Source of the DNA: a bacterium
GTDB lineage: Bacteria > Zixibacteria > MSB-5A5 > GN15 > FEB-12
Assembly (NCBI GenBank): GCA_043811375.1
Contig: JBDRNJ010000057.1
Coordinates: 1 to 64,000 of the forward strand
DNA: 64,000 bases
Direction of reading: 5' to 3'
This document shows, piece after piece, positions 21,804 to 32,096 of this stretch (the stretch's first letter is position 1; every line of letters starts with the position of its first letter). The position numbers and the translations under genes were made by a program. A model generated the notes under the pieces. That model did no database searches. It was given only the letters and a program-made list of their open reading frames with translations, and was not told where the DNA came from.

Positions 21804-21883
21804 CAAGGCATAAATAAGGACGTCGGTGCCGAAAGGCAAGAACTCTTGCGCCGGTGCAGTCCGGGGTTTCACTGTATGGCATG

Positions 21884-21920
21884 AAAAAACCGGTCGGCCA
21901 CGGGGCACGGGGCCGACCGG
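21884..21920 (-). terminator. Rho-independent terminator after rpsA
   Basis: CCGGTCGGCC stem with a U6 tract on the minus strand. Confidence 0.75.
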
Positions 21921-21974
21921 CGAAAACCGGATTGCTTACCGGTAGTACTTTCAGTCAGAGAGGGTGAGCCTTCT

Positions 21975-24134
21975 CTACTCCATCTTCGGTTCGTCCTCAG
22001 CCGGGGTATCCGGGGCAGGCGTTTCCTCCGGCGGGGACGTTTCACCAGCGTCAGCTTCGGATGCCGGTGCCGCCTCGGCTTCAGTCTCGGGTGGGACTTC
22101 GGCGGTTGGCGTTGCGGCTGCGGGAGCCTCAGGGTTCGGACTCTCGACCGGTTCCGCCGGCTGATCGGCTGCGGTTGTCTCCTGCTTGAGCTCCTCCGGC
22201 ATCACGTCAGCCATTGATTGTGTGGTCTCTGACGGATGACTCTGAAGGAACTGATCAAGCTCGGTCCGTTCCCGTTTTTTATAATAGGCTGCCACCGAAA
22301 GCACGATCTTGTGCTGGTTACGATCAAACTCAATCACCTGCAGTGGCAGTTGGTCATTCTCCTTAAAGATGCCGGTGGGATCAGTAAGGTCCTTATGGCC
22401 CAGTTGTGAAACCGGGACAAACCCTTCCACGTCACCGTCGAGACTGACCACCACACCACGATCCAGGACCTTACACACGCTCCCCAGGCATTCCGTTCCG
22501 TTCGAGTATTTCTTGGCTATCTGGGGCCAGGGGTCTTCCTGGAGCTGCTTATAGCCAAGAGAGATGCGGCGGTTGTCGTGGTCGATCTTGATGATTTTAA
22601 CGTCGACCCGGTCACCCTTCTTCAGTACCTCGGAAGGGTGCTGAATACGTTTGGTCCAGGACATATCCGAAATATGAACCAGACCATCAATTCCTTCTTC
22701 CAGTTCCACGAAGGCGCCAAAGGCAGTCAGATTACGGACTTTTCCGGTGACCACCATATTGACCGGATACTTTTCTTCGATGGTCAACCAGGGATCGGGT
22801 TCCATCTGCTTTATTCCCAGCGAGATCTTCTCGTTTTCCTTATCTACCGACAGAACCACCGCTTCCACCCGATCGTCGACACTCATGATCTTCGACGGAT
22901 GTTTTATGTGCTGGGTCCAGGACATTTCGGAGATGTGAATGAGTCCTTCAACACCCTTTTCCAGTTCCACGAAAGAGCCGTAGTCGGTGATGGAAACAAC
23001 CCGGCCGGTTATTTTCTTGCCCAGTGGGTACTTTTGCTCGATGTTTTCCCAGGGGTAGGGAGTCATCTGTTTCAGGCCGAGGGAGATGCGGGAAGTCTTT
23101 TCGTCAAAGTCGAGAATTTTCACGTCGATCTTTTCGCTGAGAGAGGCCATTTCGGAGGGATGACGGATACGCCCCCAGGACATATCGGTGATGTGCAGGA
23201 GTCCGTCAACACCGCCAAGGTCGATGAAGACACCGAAGTCGGTGATGTTCTTGACGACACCCTCGCGTACCTGGCCGACGGATATCTCGTTCAGCAGCGT
23301 ATCGCGCATCTTCGACCGCTCTTCCTCCAGCACGATTCGTCGTGATACCACGATGTTGCGTCGATTCTTGTTGAGCTTGATGATGCGTACATCCATTGCC
23401 TGCGAGATGAGGGCATCGAAATCCGGTACCTGGCGGAGCGCCACCTGCGATCCCGGCAGGAAGGCATCGACGCCCATGATATCCACCACCAGGCCACCCT
23501 TGATGCGGCGCACTACCTTGCCTTCAATGGTTCCTCCGGAGTCGTGCACCTCGCGGATCTTTTCCCAGACCCGCATGAAATCGGCTTTCTGCTTGGATAG
23601 AATCAATTGACCGTGGGAGTCTTCGATCTGTTCCAGGTAGACTTCCAGTTCGTCGCCGATCTTGACATTGAGCGGCGTGCCGAATTCATCGATGTCGACA
23701 ATCCCCTCCGACTTGAAGCCGACATCCACCAGCACATCGTTGCGGGTGACACCGACCACGTGGCCGGCAACGACTTCACCTTCCTTAATGTCCCGGATGG
23801 TGGAGTCGTACATATCGACCATGGCCTGGTACTCTTCGGGATCGTAGACGACACCGGCGACGTCGGTAATGCGTACTTTTCCGACGTCTTGTATAATTGG
23901 CTCGGGGACGCGGGTATCCCTGGTCAGGGCTTTCTCGGCGACACGTTTATGGCGGGTGGTAGTCACCCGTTCGCGTTGCAGTTGTTGGGGCTTTGCGGCC
24001 TCTTTTACTGCTGCTTCAGTCGCTGCCGATGAGGTAATCTTGGTTTTTACCTTTTTGGTTTTTCTGGCGGATGTCGCCTTGCGTTTGGAAAATGTTGTGG
24101 TTGGCCCGGTGGCCGTCTTTTTGGCTTCTGCCAT
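21975..24134 (-). CDS. rpsA: 30S ribosomal protein S1
   Basis: Six S1 domains (GLLHITDMSW, GLIHISEMSW, GLVHISDMSW); downstream of cmk. Confidence 0.96.
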   Translation of the reverse strand: MAEAKKTATGPTTTFSKRKATSARKTKKVKTKITSSAATEAAVKEAAKPQQLQRERVTTTRHKRVAEKALTRDTRVPEPIIQDVGKVRITDVAGVVYDPEEYQAMVDMYDSTIRDIKEGEVVAGHVVGVTRNDVLVDVGFKSEGIVDIDEFGTPLNVKIGDELEVYLEQIEDSHGQLILSKQKADFMRVWEKIREVHDSGGTIEGKVVRRIKGGLVVDIMGVDAFLPGSQVALRQVPDFDALISQAMDVRIIKLNKNRRNIVVSRRIVLEEERSKMRDTLLNEISVGQVREGVVKNITDFGVFIDLGGVDGLLHITDMSWGRIRHPSEMASLSEKIDVKILDFDEKTSRISLGLKQMTPYPWENIEQKYPLGKKITGRVVSITDYGSFVELEKGVEGLIHISEMSWTQHIKHPSKIMSVDDRVEAVVLSVDKENEKISLGIKQMEPDPWLTIEEKYPVNMVVTGKVRNLTAFGAFVELEEGIDGLVHISDMSWTKRIQHPSEVLKKGDRVDVKIIKIDHDNRRISLGYKQLQEDPWPQIAKKYSNGTECLGSVCKVLDRGVVVSLDGDVEGFVPVSQLGHKDLTDPTGIFKENDQLPLQVIEFDRNQHKIVLSVAAYYKKRERTELDQFLQSHPSETTQSMADVMPEELKQETTAADQPAEPVESPNPEAPAAATPTAEVPPETEAEAAPASEADAGETSPPEETPAPDTPAEDEPKME

Positions 24135-24299
24135 TAGGTTTTGAGAACCTCCTTATATAATCAATCCAATGGTTTGGATTTTTCCCGGTGGGAAACCATC
24201 AGATGCTTGCCGCCAAAAACCCCTCGGGGATTCAGCGGCGAATTTTATATATACAATATTGTCGGAAATTGGCAAGCGAATTTTGCCCCCGGAGGAGCG

Positions 24300-24953
24300 T
24301 TATTTCAACGGTCTGCCGCCGGCCATGTCTGATTGTCGTTCGGCCATAATTGCTTCTTTCAGGCGAGCAATCTCGGTCATGATGCCTCGGGCGATTCCCT
24401 GGTAGCCGTCTTTGCTGATCGGAAACGACTTTACCCATTGCGTCGGCAGCGGTTTGCCATATATCAAACGGAGTCGCTGACGACCTTGTAAGCAGCGGCG
24501 AAGTTGGTCAGTCCCAGAAAGATAGGCGGGTACAATGGGGCACTCGGCCTGTCTGGCGATGATACCCACACCCGGTTTTGGGTTGAGCAGTTCCCCCCGG
24601 CGAGATCGGGTTCCTTCGGGGAAAACTGTCAGTCCGTTGCCCTCTTTGATGGTAGCGACAGCAGCCTTGAGAGCCCGACGGTCAATGGTGCCCCGACGCA
24701 CCGGCAGTGCGTTTACCCGCTGCAAAAGGGCGGAGAAAACATGGTTTTCAAACAGTTCTTCCTTGGCAAAAAAATATATGTCACGCGGCACCCAGCAGCC
24801 GACAAAGAGGGGATCATAGTAGGCTACGTGGTTGCTGGCCAGTATGAAACCACCGGTCGGGGGAAGGTTTTCCCGACCCGAAACGCGAGCTCGCAATATC
24901 ATTCCGGACAGGATACGTGATGCTTTCCAGCCAATATAGTAGGGGACGTTCAT
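24300..24953 (-). CDS. plsC: 1-acyl-sn-glycerol-3-phosphate acyltransferase
   Basis: NHxxxxD (SNHVAYYD) and FPEGTRS. Confidence 0.88.
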   Translation of the reverse strand: MNVPYYIGWKASRILSGMILRARVSGRENLPPTGGFILASNHVAYYDPLFVGCWVPRDIYFFAKEELFENHVFSALLQRVNALPVRRGTIDRRALKAAVATIKEGNGLTVFPEGTRSRRGELLNPKPGVGIIARQAECPIVPAYLSGTDQLRRCLQGRQRLRLIYGKPLPTQWVKSFPISKDGYQGIARGIMTEIARLKEAIMAERQSDMAGGRPLK

Positions 24954-25657
24954 CGATCCCCGGCTGCTGCCTGTGCCAGTGATACGATTTTGTCGACCTG
25001 CTGTTCGATGGTGAGATCGGTTGTATCCAGCAAATGGGCATCTTCGGCCCTGGTCAACGGGGAATGGGCTCTATTGGAATCAAACCCATCCCGTCGCCGG
25101 ATTTCCGCAACCTGTTGCTCCAGCGTGCTTTCTATACCCAGTTCGGTAAGGTCGCTCAGGCGCCGGCGGGCACGTTCGCTGATCGAGGCCTGCAGGAAGA
25201 TTTTGACTTGAGCCCCGGGGAACACAACGGTGGTCGTGTCTCGCCCTTCGGTTACCAGGGAACCGTCTTTTCCCAATTGTTGCTGCCTGGCCACCATTGC
25301 CCGGCGCACCAGCCGGTGCGCTGATACTTCCGAAACATGGGCCGTTACCTCAGGGGTGCGAATTTGCCGGGAGATGTCAACGCCGTCAATCAAGACGTGG
25401 TTGTTGCCCTGGCGGTTGTCGAAATCGAGCTTCAACTCCGAAACAGCGGCCGCCAGGCGGCGCTCGTCGGTCGGGTCGATACCGTTGCTGAGGGCGTAGT
25501 ATGTCAGAGCTCGATACATGGCGCCGGTGTCCAGATACCGGTAACCAAGCCGCCGGGCCACCAATAGGGCAGTTGTTGATTTGCCGGATCCGGCCGGTCC
25601 ATCGATGGCGATAATCATCCCGGTCGGAAAGGTGTGATTATTTCTGTCGGCGGTCAT
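24950..25657 (-). CDS. cmk: Cytidylate kinase
   Basis: IAIDGPAGSGKST, LDTGAMYR, EGRD. Confidence 0.95.
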   Translation of the reverse strand: MTADRNNHTFPTGMIIAIDGPAGSGKSTTALLVARRLGYRYLDTGAMYRALTYYALSNGIDPTDERRLAAAVSELKLDFDNRQGNNHVLIDGVDISRQIRTPEVTAHVSEVSAHRLVRRAMVARQQQLGKDGSLVTEGRDTTTVVFPGAQVKIFLQASISERARRRLSDLTELGIESTLEQQVAEIRRRDGFDSNRAHSPLTRAEDAHLLDTTDLTIEQQVDKIVSLAQAAAGDR

Positions 25658-25737
25658 GCCAACGATACTACTCCATGCCGGGGCTGAAGGCAATCGGAAA
25701 ATATCGGTCGCTGTCGGTTAGCCGGTAGCCTGCCGAG

Positions 25738-26541
25738 TCAGGGAGAACCGACAGAATCAGCGGTAACCGGTCTGGAAGGCGGAGAGCCAAACCACCGAGT
25801 ATAGATACTGTCGAAGCGCCCGCTGTCTTTGATTTCTTTTAGTGCCTGGTTTATTTTCTGAAGTTTCTCTGTGTCGCCCTTGCGAACTGCCAGGCCGTAC
25901 TGCTCCTCGGACATTATCTCTCCGACGATTTTGGCGGTGCCGAGCTGCTGGACCAGAGCCTTGGTGGTCGGAAAATCGTTCAGAACAACATCGAGATTGC
26001 CGGCGGCCAGATCGTCAAATGCCTGGCCGATGTTGTCATAGGAGTACACGTGCAGACCTTCCATATCTTGTGCCATCATCTCGCCGGTAGTGCCGAGCTG
26101 AACCCCCACTTTCTTTCCTGTCAGGTCCTGCGCGCCGCTGATGCTGCTGTCTTCCAGAGGCACTGCGATTGACTGACCGGCCGTAAAATAGGCGTCGCTA
26201 AAATCAACCAGTGCCGCCCGCTTCTGAGTGATGGTCATAGCCGAGATGATGATGTCGAAGTCACCGGCTTTCAGACCGTCCACGATCTTGTCAAACGGCG
26301 TTATTACAAACTCTATTTGCCAGTCGTTAAGTCGGCTGATTTCTTTTATGAGGTCGACATCGAAACCGGCCGGCTGATTGGTGGCCGGATTGATGCTCTC
26401 AAACGGCGGGTAAGTGGCGTCGGTACCCACTTGTACAACTGAGGCTGATGTCCGGGTCTGTGATTCTTGCTCTCCCGCGCAGGCGGCCAACAGCAGCACC
26501 GTCAACAGTGCTAACGGCAGAAATCGCATTGCTCTTATCAT
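25738..26541 (-). CDS. Polar/basic amino acid ABC transporter substrate-binding lipoprotein
   Basis: LAAC lipobox; GTDATYPPF, GFDVDL, GVQLGTTG. Confidence 0.88.
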   Translation of the reverse strand: MIRAMRFLPLALLTVLLLAACAGEQESQTRTSASVVQVGTDATYPPFESINPATNQPAGFDVDLIKEISRLNDWQIEFVITPFDKIVDGLKAGDFDIIISAMTITQKRAALVDFSDAYFTAGQSIAVPLEDSSISGAQDLTGKKVGVQLGTTGEMMAQDMEGLHVYSYDNIGQAFDDLAAGNLDVVLNDFPTTKALVQQLGTAKIVGEIMSEEQYGLAVRKGDTEKLQKINQALKEIKDSGRFDSIYTRWFGSPPSRPVTADSVGSP

Positions 26542-26635
26542 AATCTCCCCATGACTGATCTGTATGTTGCTTTCTGCTTTCAAGGAAACCGGATCGGTAC
26601 GGCTTGTCAACTTGTTTGTCGGACGCAACCACAAT

Positions 26636-26664
26636 GAAAACGGGCGGCAGAAGCCGCCCGCTTT
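26636..26664 (-). terminator. Rho-independent terminator
   Basis: CGGGCGGC-TTCT-GCCGCCCG followed by TTTT on the minus strand. Confidence 0.65.
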
Positions 26665-26687
26665 GGAATTGTCCGCAAAATCCGCAT

Positions 26688-27587
26688 TCAGAAAAAGTCG
26701 ATTGAAAGCGATCCCAGCCGATCATCAAGGTTGATTTCTATGTGATTGCCGGCGGAATCAAAACCGCTGGTCATAAAGCCATCATCATCGCTAACCAGTC
26801 CAATACGACTGAGATAGGAGCGGTAGTCCTGCCCCAGTACCTTCAGACCAACGCCGTGGGGTACGCGCAGCCGCAAGTTGGAATCTTCGCCGGCAATATC
26901 GATTTTCACATATGGCTCGAGATCACCCAGTTTGAGGTATACCCGAGCGTCATCAGCCATCAGTTTCAGTTTCTGCAGGGGGGTCGTTGAGAGGTTGAGG
27001 TGCAAATCAGCCCCATTGCCGGTACATTCCAGATTCAACGGAATCTTTTCCGGGAACCGCAGGTACCAATCCTGGGTGTCATCGGTGTTGATTACTATCG
27101 CCCCGCCCAGAAGACTTTGAGAACGACTGATGAAAGTAACCGTAGCTTCATTGTCTCGAACTCGGTAAGTGATTTTGGGTTTACGAGTGAAACGATCAAA
27201 TCGGGCATAGAGCCCGTCCTCACCGGAGTCACGGATAGTCAGGTCGGTTTCGTCCAGTTCCAATACGGCGTGCAGAGTTTCAACGGAGGGATCAAACTCC
27301 TGTTGGTAGGTCGATGCCGAGAAAAAGTTGCCTTCGGATCCGTTCAGACTGCCGGAAGCTGCAATGAACAAACCGCCCAGGAATAATCCGACCGATGTCA
27401 GATAGGAAATGAATCGGACTCTGGTTTTGGCGAAGATTTTCTCAATACCGACGGCTATCAGCACTACCGGGAACCAGATCAGCAGGTCGGGCCAGAAGTT
27501 GTCATTAAAAACGTTGGTATTACGCAGCAGCAGCAAAACTCCCAGCAGGATTAAAAACATTCCCCATCGAAAGCGCGCCGGAGTCAT
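26688..27587 (-). CDS. Membrane protein with a LiaI/LiaF-like (DUF5668-type) TM region and a beta-solenoid-like C-terminus
   Basis: WGMFLILLG...WFPVVLIAVG; overlaps the pspC stop. Confidence 0.65.
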   Translation of the reverse strand: MTPARFRWGMFLILLGVLLLLRNTNVFNDNFWPDLLIWFPVVLIAVGIEKIFAKTRVRFISYLTSVGLFLGGLFIAASGSLNGSEGNFFSASTYQQEFDPSVETLHAVLELDETDLTIRDSGEDGLYARFDRFTRKPKITYRVRDNEATVTFISRSQSLLGGAIVINTDDTQDWYLRFPEKIPLNLECTGNGADLHLNLSTTPLQKLKLMADDARVYLKLGDLEPYVKIDIAGEDSNLRLRVPHGVGLKVLGQDYRSYLSRIGLVSDDDGFMTSGFDSAGNHIEINLDDRLGSLSIDFF

Positions 27588-28033
27588 GATACACCACCGT
27601 TCTGAGTGTTATTCGGCTGCCGGCAGACATCTATGGCCGGTTCCGACTCTGTTTCAGGTCGGTGGCTACGCCGGAATATCAACAGCAGTCCCACGACAAC
27701 CAGGATTACCGGCCAGAACTCATCCCAGTTGAACCAGAACCAGTTTTCGCGTACCAGCAGGATGACGCCGATAGCCATGAGGATGATTCCCGGCAGGTAC
27801 TTGTTCCAGGGTGTGTACTCGCGGTCGATGGGAACCGGCGCCACTTCGGGTGGCCGCATGGGGATGATAATCCAGGCGATAATGTAAGCCAGAATCCCAA
27901 AACCGGTAGCCAGGAATAACAGGACGGTTATGACTCGTACCAGGACGGGGTCGACGTCGAAATACTCGCCCAGTCCGCCACAGACGCCGCCGATGATCTT
28001 GCTGGTGGTGGATCGGTATAGTCGTTTATGCAT
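27584..28033 (-). CDS. pspC: PspC domain membrane protein
   Basis: LYRS...IGGVCGGLGEYFDVDPVLVR...YIIAWIIIP. Confidence 0.85.
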   Translation of the reverse strand: MHKRLYRSTTSKIIGGVCGGLGEYFDVDPVLVRVITVLLFLATGFGILAYIIAWIIIPMRPPEVAPVPIDREYTPWNKYLPGIILMAIGVILLVRENWFWFNWDEFWPVILVVVGLLLIFRRSHRPETESEPAIDVCRQPNNTQNGGVS

Positions 28034-28075
28034 ACCAACTCCTTGCAGGTGGCTATTAGTCTTCTGGAGAAAATA

Positions 28076-28100
28076 TACGGTTTAGCCGGGCAAAAGTTGT
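28076..28100 (-). promoter_or_regulatory. ECF sigma promoter ACAAC-N16-CGTA for pspC
   Basis: Minus strand ACAAC ttttgcccggctaaac CGTA. Confidence 0.6.
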
Positions 28101-28125
28101 TTCAAAAATTCCGGCGCAGGTAGTC

Positions 28126-28157
28126 GACGGCTAAAAAAGCAGACGGCTAAAAAAGCA
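28126..28157. repeat. Perfect 16-bp tandem duplication GACGGCTAAAAAAGCA x2
   Basis: Seen directly, just upstream of the tRNA -35 box. Confidence 0.85.
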
Positions 28158-28185
28158 TTGACAGTCACCTGAAAACAGATATACT
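28158..28185 (+). promoter_or_regulatory. Sigma70 promoter of tRNA-Asn
   Basis: TTGACA-16 nt-TATACT. Confidence 0.7.
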
Positions 28186-28216
28186 GAAAGTTGTTTTTTA
28201 GAGGTTTCGACTGTAC

Positions 28217-28289
28217 TCCCGTGTAGCTCAGTTGGTAGAGCAGCTGACTGTTAATCAGCGGGTCGCTGGTTCAAGTCCAGCCGCGGGAG
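28217..28289 (+). tRNA. tRNA-Asn (GTT)
   Basis: Cloverleaf: TCCCGTG/CGCGGGA acceptor stem, AGCTCAGTTGGTAGAGC D arm, CTGTTAA anticodon loop, GGTTCAAGTCC T arm. CCA is not encoded. Confidence 0.96.
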
Positions 28290-28771
28290 CTATTTGATAC
28301 TCTTTTCGAACTCCATTACCCAAGAACATATATCAGCGACTGGGACTCATCCCGATCCAGCCATGTAACCCGCCTTTTGGTTGCAGGTTAGCGGAGCGCC
28401 GCTTGACCCGACAAGTGGCCTGCATCCCTGGTCCTCGTCGCGTACTGGCCACGAACCGGTGGAAACCGCGCCTAAATGGCCAATGATCTCGATTCCTGTG
28501 ACTTAGATCAAGATCTCAGAACGGACCCGAATGCGGTTGCTCTGCCTACCGTGCCTCAACAAAGTGGAATCAGGTCGCTGAAGTGTGACTTAACTTAAGC
28601 CACCCCACTGTCCACTTTGTTTGAAGACGTACAGTCAAACAACAATCGTCGTCCATTTGCCAGGTTCACAAGACACGTATCCGCGTTACCGAGTGGATAG
28701 AATGTCATTTTATGCATAAGATTCCTCCTCAGAAATGAAGGACGTTTGCCTGATGAGGAAATGCGGTCTAA

Positions 28772-31700
28772 TCATTGCAGCTTGAACCCATCCTTCAGGT
28801 CTTCCAATAGCTTATTGATTTCTTTAGTCGCCTCTTCGGGCGGTACTTCCTTGCCGTCGCCAAATGTGATTTGAACCCGGAATTGCAGCGGTATATTGCT
28901 CTTGGTCTTGATCTCAAGCAGTTGCGGGATGATATCGCCTAAATCCTGAATCTGGGACGGTTCAAGCTCCGCAGCTGCCACAAGGCTCTTGGAGGGCACG
29001 CCCGCTCTTCCAACACCGCCGGTGCCCCCGGCTCCTGCGCCGGCACCGGCTGCTACTTGGAGCTTAACGGATTGGGCGTTTGCGTAGTCACATGGCCATT
29101 CTGTGGAACCGTCGCCCAACTCTATCCAACGAGCGTTAATCGAAGCGGATATGACGTCCTTCACAGTCTTCCAGGGCAGATTCTGGCCAATCTTCTGAGA
29201 CACGGCTGTCGCGATGGAGAACGCTGTTGCTTTATTGTCCTTCCATCCGCCAGGTAAATTTTCAGGAAGGATTTCCGCGGCAGGGGGCGGACTTGGCGGC
29301 ATATGGAGCTTGGCTTCCGCAGTCAGAATTCCAGACGGAATCTCTTCGGCGAGAATGCTCGCTGGTCCGTTTAGTAGCCACAGGCTTCCAGCTTCTACTG
29401 CCGCGCTCACAGCCGATTCCACTGCCTCCTGGCTTGCTTTGGGAATGTGCATAGGCTCTTGGTAGCCATTACGCTGAACTTGAACCATATTCGAGCCACC
29501 AAAATAGTCTGTAACATCTCTAACTTGTATTTCATCAGTAGGCCAAAGGCCGGGCAGTTTATCCTTAATCAAAAGATATGAAGGTACATCTGCCAATTCA
29601 GCTGCCTCAGAGAGAACCAGCTCCAATGCCGGATCGGACAGCGCATTCTCGTCTGGTCGTACAAACCACCACGTCCGGAATGATCCATCGGGGCGTGTTA
29701 GTCTCAAGACAAACGAACCCTGCTCACACCCGTCTACAAGCGTGTCGAGGATTGCTCGGGCTTGTAGCATCTTGGGAAGGTGGGGCAACTGTGCAAAGGC
29801 TCCGGAGAGATCCTTTACGCGCCGTGATGTTTCACCTTCCCGCCAGAGATCATATGGTCCATCCGGCAGTAAGGCTTCGGCGGTGATTGCGGAATCTTGC
29901 ACTCGTGATCGTTGGTCGTTCTTGACGATAGAGAAGTGAAGTTCCTCTGTCACATTGATCTTGAATGCTTGGGTTTCATCCTTCTCCGAAACGGTTACAA
30001 CAATGCAATACGCTTGTTTGATCGATTCCGGAACGCGGCCCTTTGCCTTCTGGATGTTTATCGTGAGGGACTGCATTCGCGCCGGATCAAGATCACCTTC
30101 CTTCTCCTGCTCTTTCAGCTCACCGTACACCTGCTCCCATGCCAAGTGCTCTCGGACCCTTAAAGAGGCAACATCAACGCCATCATGTGATGGTGTCAGA
30201 AGTAGCACTGCATTTCTGTAGACCCTCGGCTTGTCCGAACCGGTTGTTTCATCGAGGAATCGCTTTGCTTCTGGACTTGGTTTACCGGAGTCAGAAGCGG
30301 CGCTCGGCCCCAGTACAGCGTAATGAAAGTGTCCGTCATCTTCAATGTCGCGGGGGCGGGCGGGCAGATTGTGAACCTTCACACCGGCGGCTGAGGCACC
30401 CGATACGAGTGACTTTGCCTTGCCGATTTCATCGAGCAGTCTCGCACGCACGATGTCGTCAGAAATACGACTCGCGGCAACGTTGTGCATTTGCACTAGG
30501 TTTGGGCGATTACCAAGGCGCCAGGTGTTTGGAAGCTCATTCTCATTGACCCCTGTGTATCGATCATCAAGCCAATGGCTAACCTGTGCCCACCGTTTCA
30601 ATCCTTTTTCCAACTCTATTTTATCCGGACGTGTCGGCCCGAGCAACAGGACAAGATCCCGCGTGCGCACACTCTGACCAATCGGCTGTGAGTGCAAAAA
30701 GGTCGCCATGACCGCCTGTTCGATCTCACGGAAGGGAAGACCTACGGCTTCCTTTTGGATGTCTCTGGCTCTTAATAATTCGCCCTCAATAATTCCCGTC
30801 CACGCCTGCTTCTTGCCTTCATGTCCTTCTGTATCTGCAATCGTAACCAGCTCGCGAGTCGCCTCGGCAATACCTTCTCTGTCCGGTGCGTTCAGGAACA
30901 CAGCGGGACCAACTATCGGACTCTGGTCCCACTTCTCTGCTCCCCTGAGTGCAAGGGCGAATGTGCGTAAAACACCGCGTGCCCGCTGGAACCGATCAAG
31001 CTGGGTCCACTTGGTGTAGAAAACTTCGGTAAGGTCAGGGTGGAATGGGTAGCTCTTTACGAATCTCTCTTCGGCCTCAGCACCCTGTTTAGCGGTCTGC
31101 TCGTCAACTGCAAATATGCCCTTGAGCGCTGCCTGCACGTGCTGCCGAAATACTTCTTTGTCTTTCAACGATTCCGGAGTGAAGAACCGTCTTCTGAGCA
31201 GTTCCGCGACATCTTCCTTTACAACGGGTTCAACAGCTTCCTCGCGCTGTCTTTGGAATATGTCGTATAGATCACCCTGCAGCTGACGCCCAAAAGCATC
31301 TGCTTTCTTTGGATCACTCGCTAGAAGTGATGCCACTATGCAGCAACGGTCAACTTTCGCCGCTGCCTGGGTCAGGTACTGGAAAAAGTTGACTATGCGG
31401 TCTTGCCACTGCCTGTCCATCCCGGCCTTTTCACGAACATAAACCAGAACTTCGTCGATCAAGATCAAAACGCCAAGGCCATCCTTGGTGGGTATTTCGA
31501 GAAGTTCCAACAGCAGATTCTCAGCAGGCGCGCTTTCACGTTCCTCAGCCTTCTCTTCCGGATGAAGGAGCTTCAGGCCGTCATCGCCGGCTAGCTGATA
31601 AGCCAAAATACTCCACGGGTGTTTTAGCGTGCGAACCTTACCGTCCGAGCCTACAACAGACATACCCTTTTCAACATCCAGCTTATCAAAGCAGAGCGCG

Positions 31701-32095
31701 ACCACCCTGGCCTTTGGAAGGGGCTGGCCAATCGCCTCTTTGAATTCAGCAACCGATGGCAAATCTGGAAGGTTGTCCGGATCGTGCACAAGATGGCGAA
31801 GTGTGATAAGAGTATGAGTCTTACCACCGCCGTAAGTCAATTCGAGCTGGCGAATGGCTTTGTCGTTCTTGCCGGCTACCCGAAGAACAACATCTCGTAC
31901 AAGCTGACGCAGATTATAAGTCGGGTATGTGAGGGCAAAGAACTCTTTTGGATCCTCATAGACCTTCCGCTTGCCACTCTGCATCATGACCTCGTAGAGA
32001 TCAGCGGCAAACATATTCAGCGTGAGCTTGCCTGATCTCAGCTCATCCCGCAGCTTTACTACTTCGTGCCAACTTTTCCAAGGTAACTTTGCCAT
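28772..32095 (-). CDS. DUF499 AAA+ ATPase (defence-associated)
   Basis: FAADL, FFALTYPT, YGGGKTH Walker A, ILIDE Walker B, SYPFHP, FQRARGVLR. Confidence 0.9.
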   Translation of the reverse strand: MAKLPWKSWHEVVKLRDELRSGKLTLNMFAADLYEVMMQSGKRKVYEDPKEFFALTYPTYNLRQLVRDVVLRVAGKNDKAIRQLELTYGGGKTHTLITLRHLVHDPDNLPDLPSVAEFKEAIGQPLPKARVVALCFDKLDVEKGMSVVGSDGKVRTLKHPWSILAYQLAGDDGLKLLHPEEKAEERESAPAENLLLELLEIPTKDGLGVLILIDEVLVYVREKAGMDRQWQDRIVNFFQYLTQAAAKVDRCCIVASLLASDPKKADAFGRQLQGDLYDIFQRQREEAVEPVVKEDVAELLRRRFFTPESLKDKEVFRQHVQAALKGIFAVDEQTAKQGAEAEERFVKSYPFHPDLTEVFYTKWTQLDRFQRARGVLRTFALALRGAEKWDQSPIVGPAVFLNAPDREGIAEATRELVTIADTEGHEGKKQAWTGIIEGELLRARDIQKEAVGLPFREIEQAVMATFLHSQPIGQSVRTRDLVLLLGPTRPDKIELEKGLKRWAQVSHWLDDRYTGVNENELPNTWRLGNRPNLVQMHNVAASRISDDIVRARLLDEIGKAKSLVSGASAAGVKVHNLPARPRDIEDDGHFHYAVLGPSAASDSGKPSPEAKRFLDETTGSDKPRVYRNAVLLLTPSHDGVDVASLRVREHLAWEQVYGELKEQEKEGDLDPARMQSLTINIQKAKGRVPESIKQAYCIVVTVSEKDETQAFKINVTEELHFSIVKNDQRSRVQDSAITAEALLPDGPYDLWREGETSRRVKDLSGAFAQLPHLPKMLQARAILDTLVDGCEQGSFVLRLTRPDGSFRTWWFVRPDENALSDPALELVLSEAAELADVPSYLLIKDKLPGLWPTDEIQVRDVTDYFGGSNMVQVQRNGYQEPMHIPKASQEAVESAVSAAVEAGSLWLLNGPASILAEEIPSGILTAEAKLHMPPSPPPAAEILPENLPGGWKDNKATAFSIATAVSQKIGQNLPWKTVKDVISASINARWIELGDGSTEWPCDYANAQSVKLQVAAGAGAGAGGTGGVGRAGVPSKSLVAAAELEPSQIQDLGDIIPQLLEIKTKSNIPLQFRVQITFGDGKEVPPEEATKEINKLLEDLKDGFKLQ

Positions 32096-32096
32096 A

